Assembly (NCBI GenBank): GCA_964016885.1
Contig: OZ024751.1
Span: 2,790,001-2,854,000 of the forward strand
Length of the DNA stretch: 64,000 nucleotides
Origin: Eledone cirrhosa
Taxonomy: Eukaryota
Direction of reading: 5' to 3'
Positions 61,876 to 64,000 of the stretch are shown here, in pieces. The notes under the pieces are model-generated. The model searched no databases and was not told where the DNA came from. It saw only the letters and a list, made by a program, of their open reading frames with translations. How positions within the stretch are numbered: position 1 is the stretch's first letter; the number at the start of each line of letters is the position of its first letter. The position numbers were made by a program, and so were the translations under genes.

Positions 61876-62676
61876 CAGAGGCAGAAGACCTTTCCATGGT
61901 GAGTAGTAGGGCAACGTCTGTGGCACCCACAACAAGGCCACGGACAACTAAAACAGCGGCAACAGTGGCGAACACCAGTAGCTGCACCGGCAAAAAAATC
62001 GCCGTAGAGGGCTATACTACCACCACAAATAGCTGTGGAGCACATACCCCTCCCAGATGCCATGGAATCCGATATGGAGTATGAAACGAGAGTGAAGTGG
62101 CAAAAGGTCTGGAACAAAAAACAAAAACGAAAGAACCACTTAAGTTCGCCCTCCAAAAGCGAGGACAAACAAAAAAGGGTAAAGGCTGTAAGGCGACTTG
62201 CAGCAACGTCACCACCATCACCACCACAAGCATCACCACCAACAACAACCACACCATCATCAGCATCACCACAGACAGCAACATCGCAAACACAACAAAG
62301 CACAAACGCCCAACAGCAACAACAAGAAAACAGCAACAAAACCACCCATCCACCAAAAGGTACACAGTCATAAACATTGCACACCAAGGATTAAATATAA
62401 AACAGCACACCAATATTTCAGACGTAAATTACCACACCCCACCAACAACAAGAACTTTACCAAAAAATATTGTGGAAATTGAACTTGAATATTACAAACA
62501 ATTAAAACAAAAATTCCCCAACTGCGTTGGGGATTTCAGGGGGTCAGCTCCAAGAGAATCTATATAGATATCATCTTGGAGACACCCATGACTAACCGAA
62601 GGGACGGTTCTACTGTCTCTTCCCCACACGATCAAGGTAAGTGATCCTTTCTCACTTACCTCGTTCCTCACCGAGC

Positions 62677-63875
62677 ATGGCCGTACTTAGAATAGGCAGT
62701 ATAAATGTACGTGGCCTGGGGTCATCTTGGAAGCAGGGTCACCTGCTCAACGACCTCAGGTCACTAAACATAGCTGTGGTGGCCTTCAGCGAGACCAGAA
62801 TCTCCGAAGCACGAACTTTCGCACAAATCTTCGTTGGCTACGATGTATACGTATCTCCCAGCCGTCCAGGATGGGGGGGGGGGCGCTTTTTCGGAGAGGC
62901 TTGGATCTCGCCATACGGGCCATCTTCTCGGACCCAGAAGGTAAGTCAGTGGTGCTGGACGTGACCCGCAGCGAAGGCAATGCTTTCAGGCAAGTAACCA
63001 TCTACGCGCCAACAGGGTTAGGACGGCCAGATTTCTTCAGACGTCTAGTGTTAGTGGGCGACCGGAACATTATCTTAGATGCACACTGGGATTATGTGGG
63101 GCTAGTAGACAGGGCAGGAGGGTGTAAAAGCCTCAACAACCTGCACAGACGTTTTGAACTGTCTGACAGGGATAGACTGGATTATCCAAATGTGCCAATG
63201 TGGACATGGGCAAACCGCATCGGATCATCCAGATTGTATTTAGATAGGGCATTCTGTAGGGAAACAGATAAGGCTAGTTTAGGTTGTCCAAAATTTAAAG
63301 TAGTCAACTACACGGACCACAAATTTGCGATCTGTGAAGTTGACTTAGATAGACTCCATAGGCAAGGGCCCGGCTACTGGAAGCTGAACGCGTCGTTCTC
63401 GGTACGCAAAGCTTACAGAGACCGGATTAGCGAATTAGTTAAGCGTGCCTTGGTGGTTTACCCTGAAAAGGGCTATTAGAGTCGAATCGATAATGTTTAG
63501 AAAAGGAGCAGTGATAGAGAAAATAGTGATAGAGAAAATAGTTAGAAATCTAGAAGAGGCGTTTAGGACAGGCATCGCAATCAACGTGTTTGCGGCGAGA
63601 TTGGCACTCGACCAATTCTTCAACACAAAGCATGAAGGTTGCGTTGTCAGAGCTAGAGCGCGTGCTCTAAGACACGAGGGGACGAAAGCCGTTCAATGGA
63701 CCTGGTGGTGGAGGCGCGACGTGGCAACAAATCCACAATTCGTCTTTGCCTGATCAAAACGAGCAGATGTGTGCGGCTTTTCAACAGCGCTTTGCTCAAT
63801 TGTTCGGGAGGGGCGGCGGGCTGGATCGGAGTATGGACTTCGGTGCATGCCTCGACGGACTGCCGCGGCTCTCGA
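62677..63875 (+). pseudogene. Tx1/L1-clade LINE ORF2 APE endonuclease and linker, frameshifted and ending before RT
   Basis: SINVRGL, AFSETR, IYAPTG, GDRNIILD, TWAN, LDR, TDHK, GPGYWKLN. Confidence 0.85.
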
Positions 63876-64000
63876 CACACACACGCACATGCATACACCT
63901 TCACGTATTCTCCCCTACATACATACGCACACTTAGACATACATGTCCAAACCCTTTTAAAGGGAGACAGCCCTTTATCCACCTAACTTTCACTCTTTGA

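Overview
AT-rich, microsatellite-dense animal genomic DNA. The (TA)n/(CA)n load and the SINE and Penelope repertoire suggest an octopus or other coleoid cephalopod, but that is inference. I could not support any host protein-coding gene; most ORF-track entries are microsatellite artefacts. The window is almost entirely mobile DNA: three Naiad-type Penelope-like elements (PLEs) with long inverted pseudo-LTRs, one near-full-length Neptune-type PLE, a third PLE family, a Chapaev3-like transposase relic, Helitron fragments, RTE, CR1, CRE and Tx1/L1 LINE fragments, and many tRNA-derived SINEs. The main hidden signal is a very high density of type I hammerhead ribozymes (HHRs). By eye I folded about 20 with an intact core and about 10 degenerate or half copies, from a dozen or more apparently unrelated sequence families. 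Most have tiny palindromic stem III and sit in (TA)n-flanked non-coding elements. Several of these elements look like retrozymes (unit-plus-terminal-repeat, 416-996 nt) with ends or inversion junctions at or next to the ribozyme cleavage site. All folds were made by hand and need computational and experimental confirmation.
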